64,000 nt of DNA from Felis catus (GCF_018350175.1 NC_058368.1:223636001-223700000); one strand, 5' to 3'; positions 1 through 13,136 are shown, numbered from the stretch's first letter. Numbers and translations are program-made. Notes: generated from the letters alone by a model not told the origin.

Positions 1-689
1 CCTTATCAAAATAAAACTATAGTTTTTGCATATATAAAAAAGTATATAGAACCATATAAGAAACATACAATAATTCAGTTTTATATATGTAATTATATAT
101 AAACATATAAAACTATAGTTATTGAATATATAGAAAAAAACTACATATAGAAATTACATATATACAGAACTACATATGTATTACATACATATATACAGAA
201 CTACATATAGAAATTTATAGATATTTAGGTATGTATAAAATTACATATATATGTTTATATTCTTAAGTTTATACTGTAATTATAAAGACATATACCCGTA
301 TATAAACATATATAATATACGTATATGTATACACATACACATAAACACAGATATAAAGACAGAACAACACAAATTACTAGGCAGCATTACCTCTAGACAG
401 GACACAAAGAAAGTTTAACAAGTCAAATGTAAAATTCATTAATTCAAGCAAAAAAGCTCAGGTAGATCAAAACTTTAAAAATGCATAAGAACACTTAGCA
501 GATACGGAGTATAACGTGCCTAGAAGAATTAAGAAGAAATTATAGCAATCAACAATATAGATAGGTAAAATTACTTGACAGTTTCTCATATTGAAAATAG
601 ATGTGTCCTTACAATGAACATAAACACCAAAGCCAAGCACAAAATCAAATCTTCGCTTGGATATGACAGTTTAAAACTGGTAAATCTCA

Positions 690-903
690 GGGGCGCGTTG
701 GTGGTTCAGTCAGTTAAGTGTCCTACTTTGGCTCAGGTCACGATCTTGAGGTACACGAGTTCGAGCCCCACTTTGGGCTCTGTGCTGACAGCTCAAAGCC
801 TGCTTCTGATTCTGTGTCTCCCTCTCTCTGCCCCTCCCCTCCCACAGAGAGACTCTCTGTCTCTCTTTCTCAAAAATAAATTAAAAAAAAATTAAAAAAA
901 AAA
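690..903 (+). mobile_element. Can-SINE (SINEC)
   Basis: ggggcgc..gtggttcagtcagttaag head, B box gagttcgagccc, CT-rich tract, AATAAA/A tail. Confidence 0.93.
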
Positions 904-1020
904 CATGTTAAACCTCAAAGATAAAGAGAAAAATCTTTACAGTATCAAAGACAAAATGCAGAATAATTAAAAACAATGAGAATTAGATTTAAAGTAGATT
1001 CCTGTGTTAATTTTTTTAAA

Positions 1021-1227
1021 TTTTCTTTAATGTTTATTTATTTTTGAAAGAGAGAGACCAGTGTGAACGGGCCAGGGGTGAAGAGAGAGTGCGATACAGA
1101 ATCTGAAGCAAGCTCCAGGCTCTGAGCTGTCAGCACAGAGCCTGATGCAGGGCTCAAACTCATGAACCATGAGATCATGACTTGAGTCAAAGTAGAAGCT
1201 TATCTGACTGAGCCACCCAAGTGCCCC
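1021..1227 (-). mobile_element. Can-SINE (SINEC)
   Basis: Reverse complement of the SINEC consensus ending ...gagccacccaagtgcccc; flanked by a taattttttt(tt)aaa duplication. Confidence 0.93.
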
Positions 1228-2256
1228 TAATTTTTTTTTAAAGCTGAAAGAGGTTGACAAAAAACACGTGCTCAAAATGCTGAAGGAAAATAATTTGCTA
1301 TTATCAATAACCTTTCCTAGATTTAGTTAAAAATGGTAAGCTATCTAAAATCAAGGAAGACCCCTTAGTTAAGAATTTTTTCCAATGTATAAAAAATAAG
1401 TTTTTACTGTTCGCGACTGACATTTTGACAAATGTCGTATGAATCTTTGCCTTCAGAATCTCTGCAGAATATAATAGAGAAGAAAAAAATCTTGTAATTC
1501 ATGTTTTATTTCATATGTTAAAGCTTGAAGAGTAAATGCTAAATTAGCAGAAGAAAAGTCTGTGATTTCCAAAGCAAGGAAGGATTTTCAGAAAGTTAAA
1601 TAAAAAAGCTTATTTTATCAATGGAGCACAAGGCCAGAAAGGAGAATAAAAGATGGAAAGTGAAAGCATAGAAAATGAAAGAAGAAAGTAGAAATAAGTT
1701 CAAACATATTGTAGTCATAATCGGATTAAATATCATTTTTCATCAAAGCTGTATATAAATATGCTGCTTAGAAGAGGTGTACCAAATTCGAAATGAGATA
1801 TGAAATTGTATATAAAAAGTTGGAAATATTTACCCATTGCTTCAAAAGAAACAACTATTGCTGAAAAAAAGAAAACCCATGATCCATGGGGTCTAAAATA
1901 AGACATTTATTCAGCTCACATGTTTACGAAGGAGCACATTCTGGTAGGTTTCTGATAGGTTCATCTAAGCAGCTCTTCTGGTCTCAGGACACCTACAGTC
2001 ACTACAACTAATCAGCATTGTAAAAATAAAAATATTCTCACTTCAAAGAGAAAAACGTAACCATGATAAATAGAAACAAAACACAAGATTATCCTTGTTA
2101 ACAGACGATGAAATTGTCTATAGGAAAATGTAAGAAAGTCTACAGAAACACCTTGCATAGTAATGGGATGTTTTGCCAACATTTTTGAATACTAGCAAAT
2201 GCCCCAAATGGATCGATTTCCTATATTAAAAAAAAAAAAAAAAACCAAAACTACAA

Positions 2257-2450
2257 GGGCACCTGGGTGACTCAGTCAGGTAAGCATTGACGCTTGGTGT
2301 CGGGTCAGGTCATGATCTCCAGGTTTCATGAGTTTGAGCCCTGTGTAGAGCTCTACACTGGAAGTACTCAGCCTACTCCAAGATTCTTTCTCTCCCTCTC
2401 TCTGCCCCTTCCCTTCTTACAGTGTCTCTGCCTCTCTCAAATAAATTAAT
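2257..2450 (+). mobile_element. Can-SINE (SINEC)
   Basis: gggcacctgggtgactcagtc head, CT tract, caaataaa tail. Confidence 0.9.
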
Positions 2451-2880
2451 TAATTACAAAAATATATATGAATAAATAGTAAATCAGGTACAATTTAAAA
2501 TGGCAAAAACAAATCGAGCAAATTAGCACAAACCCTTCTAAAATCATTAGAGGAAAAAAAACCCAATACATAATTTTCAAGTTTATTCTATATAAAGAGC
2601 AGTGTTACTGAAAATATAAAAACATACCCCAAAATAATATATTTACCAAATTACTTAATCAGAGCACTTAAATTTTCATATTAATCTATAAATTAAATCT
2701 AATTTTAATGATAAACTCAATTAGTCATCTGTTAATAAAATGCAAATAAATAGTAAAGGATTAAGAAAAGCAAAAATGTATTGAAAAAGAAGATGATGGA
2801 GGTATGTAATTAGCAGAAACAGAAGAAGAGAGGACATATCCTAACAGATATCTAGACATTATAAAGATGAATATAGTGAA

Positions 2881-3486
2881 TGTAAACCCAGACAGTTGGT
2901 TTTTCTCTTTTCTTTTTTTTTTTTCTTTTTCTTTTTTTTTTTTTTTTTTTTTTTTGCAAGTGCCTGACTTAAGCTTTGATTGCCAAGGCCCCCACTTCAA
3001 AGAGAGCTATCTGGAACAAACACCATGCCAGCCACAGGACTAGATCAAGATCCAGGCTGCCTCCCCCTGTCCCGGGAGACTCTTTGTTTTAGAGACCTTG
3101 ATTGATTTTGATAACTGTTGATTTGGACCTTTTTCTCTCTGCCTCTCTTACGATGCTTTAAATTCCCACTCTTATGTTTTAAATTCATCAATAAAGAGTG
3201 AGTCTCCCAGACCCTAGGACCCACCCTTGACCCCAATACCAAGAGAACTTGAAGGCCCCTCCACATTCTCTTTCTCTCTACCCTCCACCTCTCTGTGTGA
3301 CCCCAGGCATGCCACATAATTTCCAGGATATGTAAGTAATAAACATTTTTTGTTTTTTGTTTTTTTTTGTTTTTCAAATTTTCCTAATGCTTATTGTGGA
3401 AGAGTGTCTTGCAATCATAATAAGAATCACAAAGGCTGGTCCAACCACAAAATTAGTTATTGATAGGCTAAGACTAGCATAAAACA
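2881..3486 (+). mobile_element. Solo LTR of an endogenous retrovirus (carnivore LTR-like; family not assigned)
   Basis: Begins TGTA, ends AACA, flanked by gtgaa/atgaa (5-bp TSD, 1 mismatch). Internal AATAAA at about 3190 and 3338. GC content is higher than the L1 it interrupts. Confidence 0.7.
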
Positions 3487-3719
3487 ATGAAATACTCTTT
3501 AAATATGGTACTAGTAGAGAAATAAAGAGAGGAGGAGAACAAATTTAGGGGAGTGAATAAAATTAGATATCTAAATCTATCTATAAGCATATGACCTTGA
3601 CAGAAGGCAAAGGTAGCATTTTTAACCATTGTGGAAAGGGTAATACAAAAAGTACATAGAAAGGGACCGGCTGGTTATCTAGATTCTCTAGAACATCTCA
3701 AACACATGAATAAAAATAG

Positions 3720-3725
<6 letters not shown>

Positions 3726-3793
<68 letters not shown>

Positions 3794-3838
3794 TACGTGT
3801 GTGTGTGTGTGTGTGTGTATGTGTATATATATATATGT
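3726..3838. repeat. Compound (TA)n-(CA)n-(TG)n-(TA)n microsatellite
   Basis: Read directly from the sequence. Confidence 0.97.
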
Positions 3839-4892
3839 AAGTTGACCTGGGTAACATTGTCACTCTGTGCCAGGTATCACTTCCACTGACTTTTTTGTGT
3901 TTTTCTGGGTTTTGTTTTCCGTTACTCTCCCATTCCCGCTATAGCCCTTCTCCCAAATTACCATGTACTCAAGGATAGTACCAAAAGTAAGGGTGAACAG
4001 AGTATGGTGAAAAAGGAGCCCAGCTTAGCAGATATTTGAAAGGAATAACAGACAAAAGAAATTGCAGACTAAAAATAGATTTCAGGCTCATTCTTCCAAA
4101 TATTTGCTAGGATAACAATGTAGAGCTAAATAAACTTGGTCTGTGGATGGATCCTGAAAGTCACTTCCAAAGCAGAGAGGCATTGAGATTCACAAGAAAA
4201 TATATAAATACTGGCCCAGATCTACTCACCACTTCTTACTGTGTTGGAGAAATCACTGGGAATTGGAGCTCAAAGGACTTCCCTCAGCAGAAGATCACAG
4301 GACATTGCAAGGGTCAAGCAGGATGAAAGAGAGGCAGTTAGCATATATTGGGATGCACCTAATGTGAAAAAGAGAAAACCATACTTCAATATCTGACAAA
4401 GACTTTTTGAGTGGACACATGAAAGCATTGCCAATTTAAAATTTCTGGTAAGGTGATAAAACTCGAATAGCCACTGCTTGAAACGGAATCAGTAATCAGA
4501 AAGATGGAAAAAGAAGGAACACTGCCCAAGAGGACACTGCTTTCCTCTCATTCTCTCAAGGGAGTTGAGATGTGATGTCAGTGTCCTTGGACGCCTCCTG
4601 CTTTTTTGAGTCTTATGGAATTTTGCTGTCTCTCCTGATTTCTATCATCTATCAAGCTTCAGTCACTTCCCTCTTTTCCCAAAAGTCTTGGTAACCCTGA
4701 CTCCATCCATACTCAAGACATAACTGGAAAAATTTAATGCCCTTAAGAGAAAATTAGCCAGGACTTTGGCTACCCAACACCCAATACCCAACAGTCATTA
4801 GACAGAAAAAAATCCATTTTGTTTTTAATGACAAATGGTTATATGATAACTGGTACTTCCCTCATCACAACACTTGTCACAGGGTGGGCTCT

Positions 4893-5015
4893 CTCCCCAT
4901 TTAGACTATAAAATCCAGGCACGCAAGGAATTTTGTCTGACTTATTTAACTGCTGTATTCCTCACTCCTACCATGGTGCCTGACACAGAGGAAACTTTAA
5001 GTAAATATCTGTTAA
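4893..5015 (+). mobile_element. L2 3' end fragment
   Basis: tagactataaaatcc...ctgctgtattcc...catggtgcctgacacagagg...gtaaatatctgtt resembles the L2 3' terminus. Confidence 0.7.
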
Positions 5016-5044
5016 AAAAATAAGAAGGAAAAACAAAGAAGAAA

Positions 5045-5240
5045 GTTTTAGAGTTTGACTCTGGAAATAGGTTGGCTCTAATTGAAACCCGGTTTCTCTG
5101 CTAATTATGTGTGAGACCACCACCAAATCCTTGTTCTCGGTGTGTCTGTTTCCTCCTTTGTAAAATGGAGATATGGACACAATTATTACTATTTTGTAAT
5201 TTTTAAGAGAGATGAAAATATAAAGAATTTGAAATCACAT
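5045..5240 (+). mobile_element. MIR
   Basis: Core 'ctgtttcctcctttgtaaaatggagata'. Confidence 0.7.
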
Positions 5241-5685
5241 ACGAAGGGCTACATGTTTTAAGGGGCACATTGAAGGTAACTAAAAAGTGAATACATAGAT
5301 GGAAAAATAATATGAAGAATCCAAATAAATTACTCTGAGTAAAGAAATACTTGAGTTTTAGGTGGGAAGAATACGTAACTATCCCAGACAAATTCCCTAA
5401 CTCGACAGACAAGGAAATAATTTTACCGGTTTCCAATGAAATTAAATTATAAAGATAATAATAAATGGTGCTGAAATACTTATTTGCAAAATAACGAGCT
5501 AATAGTCGATGGATCTTTTTTTAGTGACACTTGAAAAAAAGAACTACAATAAGATAATCTTCTTCCTGTTAGGATATCCTGTTAGCATACTCATGTGACA
5601 ATCAGGGAAATGTATTTTAAAATACTGAATGCCTCAGTATTTAATATAATTACTATAATATTAAATATAAAATCTATTAATTATA

Positions 5686-5891
5686 GGGGTGCCTGGGTGG
5701 CTCAGTCGGTTAAGTGTCCGACTTCAGCTCAGGTCACAATCTCACGGTCCGTGAGTTCGAGCCCCGCGTCGGGCTCTGGGCTGATGGCTCAGAGCCTGGA
5801 GCCTGCTTCCCATTCTGTGTCTCCCTCTCTCTCTGCCCCTCCCCACTCATTCTCTGTCTCTCTCTGTCTCAAAAATAAATAAACATTTAAA
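5686..5891 (+). mobile_element. Can-SINE (SINEC_Fc-like, fairly young)
   Basis: Near-consensus with CpGs retained; TSD aaaatctatYaatt. Confidence 0.96.
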
Positions 5892-6099
5892 AAATCTATC
5901 AATTTAATAATGTTCCATTGATAAAATATTTGGAGCTATAGCAGTCAAATGAAAATAATAATAAATGTCTGAAAAGGTGAAGACAAAGTATTAAATGAAC
6001 AATATATAATTAAGCATCAAACAAAAATAACGATCTAAGTGTAGTGTTTAATCACATTTATGAGGAATAATTATAGTGTAGAAAATAAGAATCTTTCTT

Positions 6100-6325
6100 G
6101 GGGTGCCTGGATGGCTCAGTCAGTTAAGCCTCTGACTATTGATTTCAGCTCAGGTCATGATCTCATGATTGTGAGATCGAACCCCACATTGTCACATTGT
6201 GCTCCATGCTGAATGTGGAGCATTCTGAAGACTCTCTCTATCCTTTTCCCTTTGCCCCCCAACTCTCTCTCTTTCTCGCTCTTTCTCTCCCTCTCTCTCT
6301 ATCTCTCTTTGTCTCTCGCAAACGA
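6100..6325 (+). mobile_element. Can-SINE (SINEC)
   Basis: ggggtgcctggatggctcagtcagttaag head and long CT tract. Confidence 0.92.
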
Positions 6326-6339
6326 GAAAATATGTTTCT

Positions 6340-6559
6340 TTTTTTAATTGTTAATGTATTTGTTTTCGAGAGAGAGAAAGAGAGAGAGAGATATTGAGAG
6401 TGTGGGGGAGGCACAGAGAGAGAAGGAGAGAGAATTCTAAGCAGGCTCCACACTGTCAGTGCAGAGTCCAACGCAGGGCTCGAATTCAGGAACCACGAAG
6501 TCATGACCTGAGACCAAATCAAGTTGGACGCCTAAGGGACAGAGCCATCCAGGCACCCC
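6340..6559 (-). mobile_element. Can-SINE (SINEC), tail-to-tail with the preceding copy
   Basis: Reverse-complement consensus ending gagccatccaggcacccc; flanking aaatatgYtt duplication. Confidence 0.92.
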
Positions 6560-6665
6560 AAAGTAAATATGCTTAAGAAATGTTTATGAAATGGCCATTG
6601 AGTATTTTCAGTAAGAATATACTCATTTATTGTATCTAATTAAAAACTGAGGTAAAGCACCTGAA

Positions 6666-6667
<2 letters not shown>

Positions 6668-6702
<35 letters not shown>
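6668..6702. repeat. (CA)n microsatellite
   Basis: Read directly from the sequence. Confidence 0.97.
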
Positions 6703-6703
<1 letters not shown>

Positions 6704-6889
6704 CTTTTTTTTTCATGGTTTGACATTTACACTGGCTGTCCAGCATTCTACAGGAGACTCACACTGTATAACTATTCATCACCATTCTTCCTCTCTCATC
6801 TTACAAAGAATTTTTTTCTCTAAAAGAAATCTGTAGTCAGCTCTTAAATTGACATTGTTTTTCTCCTACTACTTAATCTGTAAGGGGGC

Positions 6890-7230
6890 ATGTGTTGTCT
6901 GTGCTGTATAAGGCAGTGATCTAAGCTGTCCAGAATGTTAAGAATTAAAACACAAAGCTCCTGCTTTCAGGGGACTTGCCGTCTAGTTGGAGAAAAGAAG
7001 ATGTTATGAAATGTAACTTTTAACTGAAGGCAGTGACACTTAGATCACTAAAGGTTGTACTGAAACGTGATTTGACTTTAAACGATAGAATCCGATCCGC
7101 CAGGTAGAATGAATCTGAGAACACTTTTCAATTAGACTGGAAATCAAGACAGCAGAAAGGTGACAGAATGCAGCATCATTTAGAAGAATCTAGCCAGGGA
7201 CATGTGGTAAGGCAGAGACACAGGCATTTT
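6890..7230 (-). mobile_element. L2 fragment
   Basis: 'acacaaagctcctgctttcaggggacttgccgtctagttggaga' resembles the antisense L2 3' region. Confidence 0.5.
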
Positions 7231-8611
7231 ATTCACTATTCAGAACACATGAAGTATTAAGTACACTGCTATCTATGTCCCATGCTTAGAAAAAAAAAAG
7301 ATTCTGCCATTAATCCTTTATTTGTCCTAGTACAAAATTGTGGTGAATAGAAAATTTAGTACTTAACCAAAATCTTCAATATTTATCTGGAAAATTTTGA
7401 CCCTTACCTATTAAAATACTGAAGACTTTGATTTGGAAAGTAACCAAGTGAAGAATTTCTATTTTTTTTTCTTTTTACAACATATATAGCGAAATATATA
7501 TTGCAAATAGGTTTGTTTGATAAATGACCTTATTTATCATTAACTAACATGTCACTAATAATGCAATTTTATTTAAAATTAAAAACCAGAGTTCAGAAGA
7601 TAATTTTTAAGTCGCAAGCATTATCAAATTACATTACTCTAAAACAACAAAAAAACATGAAATGCTTCCTGATTAAAATGTAGTTTTTCCTATAATCACC
7701 TTCTCTTGAAATTGTAATAGGTAAGCTTCACTTTAGGCTCAAAAACTCACATTGTTTAATTCCAGCTTCTTAACCAAATATCTATAGCTAATGAACTCTG
7801 GTCATGTAACCAAGTCTGTGAGTATAAGCTTATACAAGGGTTCTGTGCACACGATTGTTGTATTTATTCATTTTGTAATATAAAAGTGTAATCTAATCCC
7901 CCAATATAAATTATCATTAGTCTACCAGGTAAGACTGTTCCGCTTCATAGTCTTTATGCTGCTTTCTTGAGGGACTAGGTTTTATTTGATGCAAGGAGAT
8001 TTGCCAGCCTAATTCCTAGGCTTAATTCTAATTGTCAAATGCATTTGTAAATCTTACAGATTTTACACATGGAAGAGATAATTTATAATTATGTGTATAC
8101 TTGTATCTCTGTTTGCAGGGTTCCGAATCACATATAATAAGGCTTTCAACTTTGAAAATCCTTATAATTTTGTTGATAATTTGCTATCTACTCATATTTG
8201 TCTCTCAGTTTTCTTCTTTAGATATGCGTTTTCCACTTTGGTAGACACTCCCATTCTTTAAAAATGAATGAGTCCATACCACTTTTTTACATAAATGACC
8301 TGCCCCGAAAATTACCATTTTAATGCCATTAAACAAAAGATTCTGTAGACTTTGCTATTCTCTTTGTTGCAACCTTTTGAAGATTTTGTTTTTTCCTTGT
8401 TTTTATTACCTTTACTTGTTTCTTGGTAGTATTAATTCATACTTCTGAACATGAGGGTCATATCATTTGTAACTTGTCTTACGGGTTTTAGCAAAATACT
8501 TAAAAGGCACTGCTGGAAAGTACTGTTTTCCTTGTGATTATTTGGGTTTGGTGAAAAGCTATCTGAGTTTACACTGAGTTTAAGATAAGGACCATTTTCA
8601 AATTTGACTAT

Positions 8612-8820
8612 TTTTTTGTTTTTTTTTAATCAATTAATTAATTTATTTATTTATTTATTTTGAGAGGGAGGGTCAGTGAGAGAGGAAGTGAAAGAATCCT
8701 ACACGGGCCCTGCACTGTCAGCGCAGAGCCCCATACAGAGCTTGAACTCACGAACCATGAGATTATGACCTGAGCCAAAATCAAGAGTTGGACACAACCC
8801 ACTGAGCCACCCAGGTGCCC
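8612..8820 (-). mobile_element. Can-SINE (SINEC)
   Basis: Reverse-complement consensus; TSD aatttgactat on both sides. Confidence 0.94.
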
Positions 8821-11800
8821 ATCGAATTTGACTATGTTTAAAACCTCTTAAAGAGGTGTCATTTAGGGCCTTTTCTCTCGGATTTTACAGTCCATTGGTT
8901 TGAAACACGTCGGAAGCCATGAAGAGCCTTGATGTATAGTTTGTACTTCTTTCGCACCATCAGGTTTCTCGTAGTCAATATTCCCAGAGTTTATTTTTGT
9001 CCTTCAAATGAGAACTCGCAGCTGGTGTTGTAATGTGCTTAATTTCTCTGCAGAGTCTAACCATTGAAAATTCCGTTTTTAACCACAGGGCTTCGAGAGA
9101 CCATTTAGCCGTTTCTCCCAATTCCTAAATAAAACGACACCCCGCAGTCCTAACTGAGAATATGGTTGCAGACGAGGCTTCCAACATCCTCTAGTGGATG
9201 TGGTAGCAGCTGGGCCCTGCTGAGTCACTTACCTGCAGTCTCTGGTGAGGCTGAGACACGCTGTTTGGGTTCTAGTAGGGATCCCCCTTCCCTCCCAGTC
9301 AGATCTCAGTCCTCCTTACTCGCATGGTGGTCACACCTCGAAGGTGGTCACACCTGCTAGCATCATACAGTCCTCTAAGGGAAAATAGAGACCCAAAGCT
9401 TGACTAGGAAGAAGGCACAGGGTTCATATGCCATCTTGAGCCTAAAATCGGAAAGCGTGACTTCAAATGCAGTGATTTGTTTTAATGGCCATTTTGCTCT
9501 AGATAGGAAAATATTCTTTTGTTCTCTTCTTAGTGATTTTAATCTCTGTTGATTTTTGTTTTTACTTGTATATATTTTTCCTAATGTATTTGGCAGACCC
9601 TACCTCCTCTCACCTTTTTTTACTCCCACTCACAAAGGAGTGACAGCAAAGGACAGTTCTGTCCTACTGTTCTCTAAGCACAAGTATAAAAGTAGACAAA
9701 GTAAAATGTGCCTAATATTTACCATTCCACGCCACTTTCCTTTTTGTTTTCCTTTTGTGAAACTGTAGGTTATTCTCTGCTTTAATTCCTTCCTGGCTCA
9801 GAAGGACATAATGCCCCAGGAGTCACCTCCTCTACCCTCTGCTCTCAGGCAGGGGAAACATTAAAACAACTTCATAAATAGGGTTATGTGTTCACTTTTT
9901 AAAGCTAAGGATTTATCCTCACAATTTCCTTCTGTGTTTACAAATTTAGTGACTCCAAACGTAATATCTTCTACTTTGATTCATCCATTCCCACTAAAAA
10001 TAATAGTATTTGTTAAAGGTATGTGATAAATGATGAGTAGAGGGCTTCTCTTGTAGTTCATATGCTTGTCTCTTTTTTTTTTCTGTAAACAACCCTTATC
10101 TCTCCTTCTACAATTATTATATTATTGTGGTCTGGTTATGAATTATTTTGAATTTGGGGCTGGATTTCTATTTTAAAAGTTTCTGTTTTTTTATCACCTT
10201 CTCCACTCTTATTAACACTCTTATGCATATTCATATGTGTTATTCATGAGCAGATTTGCTGATACTCTTCAAAGTTCATATTTTTTTCTTCATGTGTATT
10301 TATATTTTTTTAAGTCTCTAATACATAGTCTTGTATAGAGAGATGGACATAGTTGATGGTAAAGAGGAACTGAACAGTTTCAAATGTGGTTTTAAAATGT
10401 TGATAATAGATAGTAGCTTCTTTTTGGGAAAGACATTTTCCTGCTGTGAATGGAAGATTAAGGCTCAAAGGAAAATGGCAAAGCAGCTCAGAATAGCTAT
10501 TGCCTGGCATCTGATAAAGAATAGATATCGACAAATTGATGGCTAGGCTCCTTTAAGAACATAGTCTACGTTTCTCTATGTACTTGGTGGAGCCAATTAA
10601 GATAATTATAACTATTTTACCAACATATATCTTTTTTAACGACTCTGAAAGCAGAAGCCTTAGACAATGGATGCTTGTGTTTATCTGGGATTTAAAGATG
10701 ATCAAGAAGGAGTGTGGCAGATGGTCAAAGGGTTGACATTCCAGGGTGCAAATAAGAACATAATGACATATTGGATCATACATTCGTGATTTGGCAGAAA
10801 AAGCAAGGGAGGCCAGGAGGATGTTTACAAACTTAAATGAACAGGCAGAATCAGGAGGCTGAAAATTGATATTAGGGCGATTCTAGGGTCAAAGAAGGGG
10901 AAGTCAGGAAGCAGGAGAGAAGCAATAAACATTTAGTAGAGAGCTTGAGGAGGTAATGCTGTTGAAGTGTTAGAGGATATGTAAGTTCATTTTCCTTTTA
11001 ATATCTTAATACATGTCAACATAATAAGGAAACTGTAACAAAAGACAAGTTCCTGCTGAGTGTAGTTCAAATCATTATTTATCAAGTACCTATTATGTGA
11101 GAGGAGCTGTACAGGCAGGCAAAAGAGTATTGTTTCATGCATGGTCTCTGATAATAGTTAAATTATGAGTATATCTTATTGCTGCTGGAAGACCAGAAAA
11201 AAAAAAAAAAAAAGGAAACAATATGAAGTCATGCATATTTATCTGTCCGGTGAAATTAAATTTCTAGTTCCTAGCTTTCTCTTCAGACATTTAAAATTTT
11301 TTTTTAAGTTTAGTTCAATTACAGATCCACATCTGGGGATCTTAAATACATCTGCTGTTCTGATGGATTTAAAAATATTATTTTAATGTCTGCTGGCTGT
11401 GCTTGAGAGAAAGCCTATCTTTATACCTGTATTATCAAACAAAGAATCCTATGAAATGGTGGGGAGTGTATGGATGTCTAATAATTTAAGTTTTGAAGAA
11501 CACATAGTTTTAATACCAAGATATAAGGAATTTTGGACTTTAATATAAGATCTGTTTTTGCCCCAGGGAGTATTTAAAAAGCATCCCTTATTTTAACTTA
11601 AATTGTATTAAAGTTTATATAAGTAGCACAGAGATTAGAATCTTTCAAGGTCTTTCAAAATACTGAACAAAAAAATAATAGGACACATACTATTAGCTCA
11701 AGAAAATTATGTCTGAATTCCAGAAGCAGTATGCAACTTGCATTATACTATCCTACTCTGTAGCCTTCTGTCCTTGTAGAAGCTTAGAGATTGCAAGTGT

Positions 11801-12034
11801 ACCTATGAATTCACAAAACATTTTATTGTGAATATTTTATTGTGAATCATCAGCCAGTTATGAAATCCCTGTAGTTCTTGTAGCTCCAAAATAATTTTTT
11901 TCTTACTATGATTGCTTTTCCAGTCATCACAATGTTTTCTTAAATTGTCTACATGAAGTCAGACATTGCATATCTGTATAGCAGTCTCCTTACATCCTCT
12001 CCTATGGACCATAGCTGTTTACAAAAAAGAAATA

Positions 12035-12071
<37 letters not shown>

Positions 12072-12188
12072 TATTTATAGTTTTATTATATATTTATTAT
12101 ATATTATATATAGTTATATATAGTTTCATTATATCATTTATAATATTATATATTATTTATAGAATAAAGAAATAGAATATATATACAC

Positions 12189-12255
<67 letters not shown>
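12035..12255. repeat. AT-rich low-complexity tract with (TA)n and (TG)n
   Basis: Read directly from the sequence. Confidence 0.93.
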
Positions 12256-12258
<3 letters not shown>

Positions 12259-13134
12259 GATGCTTTGACATCTGTGTTGAAAGAATAAAACACATCCAAG
12301 GCTATTTCCAAGTTACACTGAAGATACACTTGCTGGGAATATCAGGAATATATTCCAGAAGACATTAATAACTAAGAGAATCTCCCGATTTTTCTGGCCA
12401 TTTTCTGAGACCCTTTGGTCTCCACCTAAATCCATATGCAACATGTAGAATTTTCTGACTATTGTTTCAAAGACTCTTTGTATGACAGATTTTTCTAAAA
12501 TTTTTGCCATCCCAAAGTCCTCTCAATACACCCCCTTCGGGTTAAAATAGAACTTTTAAGGTGGTAAACCCAAAAGTATGCATAGTGTTTCAGCGCAGTC
12601 TTCTCACTAAAGAGATTCATAGATAGTCCATATTTTACCGAATGATTCCAGTACTGTTTAGTTTATCTGAACTTCCTATAGCCTATTCCTGCATTCAGAG
12701 ATACACATTACAAAATAATCGCTGTTACTCATCTAATATGCATCTTTATTCACATTGTTTTAGTTGAAGTTCTTTGTGCTAGCTGTCCAATATCTTCTTG
12801 AATCCTAACCAAATATATGTTCTTGGCTTCCAAGAGTCCTATGAGCTTGTGTCTTCATTCAAACTATTGAGAATCAGAATTAAGGACCAACCTTGGGTAC
12901 ACATTGTTAGAGACTGTCCTTTATTTAGCATTGATAATCAGTACTTTTCATGTTCCATCCTGGTATGGTTGATCTTTATTGAGCTCATATATTTTTATCC
13001 ACTTGGAAATGAAGATTTTCTATATTGCTTTGTTTATTTTTTTAATTATACGTCAAGTTTGGGATTTGTTGTTGCTTTTGAAACCTAATTTTGCAGTTTC
13101 AATGAAACAAATTTTATTCTATGTATAAAAATAC

Positions 13135-13136
<2 letters not shown>

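Larger units (their letters stand above)
480..3680 (+). mobile_element. Ancient fragmented L1 (L1M-type) remnants interrupted by SINEs and an LTR
   Basis: A-rich strand bias. ORF1-like 'aaagataaagagaaaaatcttt' at about 917-940. Decayed RT motif 'ttaacagacgatgaaattgtctat' (LTDDEIVY versus LFADDMIVY) at about 2098-2121. Confidence 0.55.
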
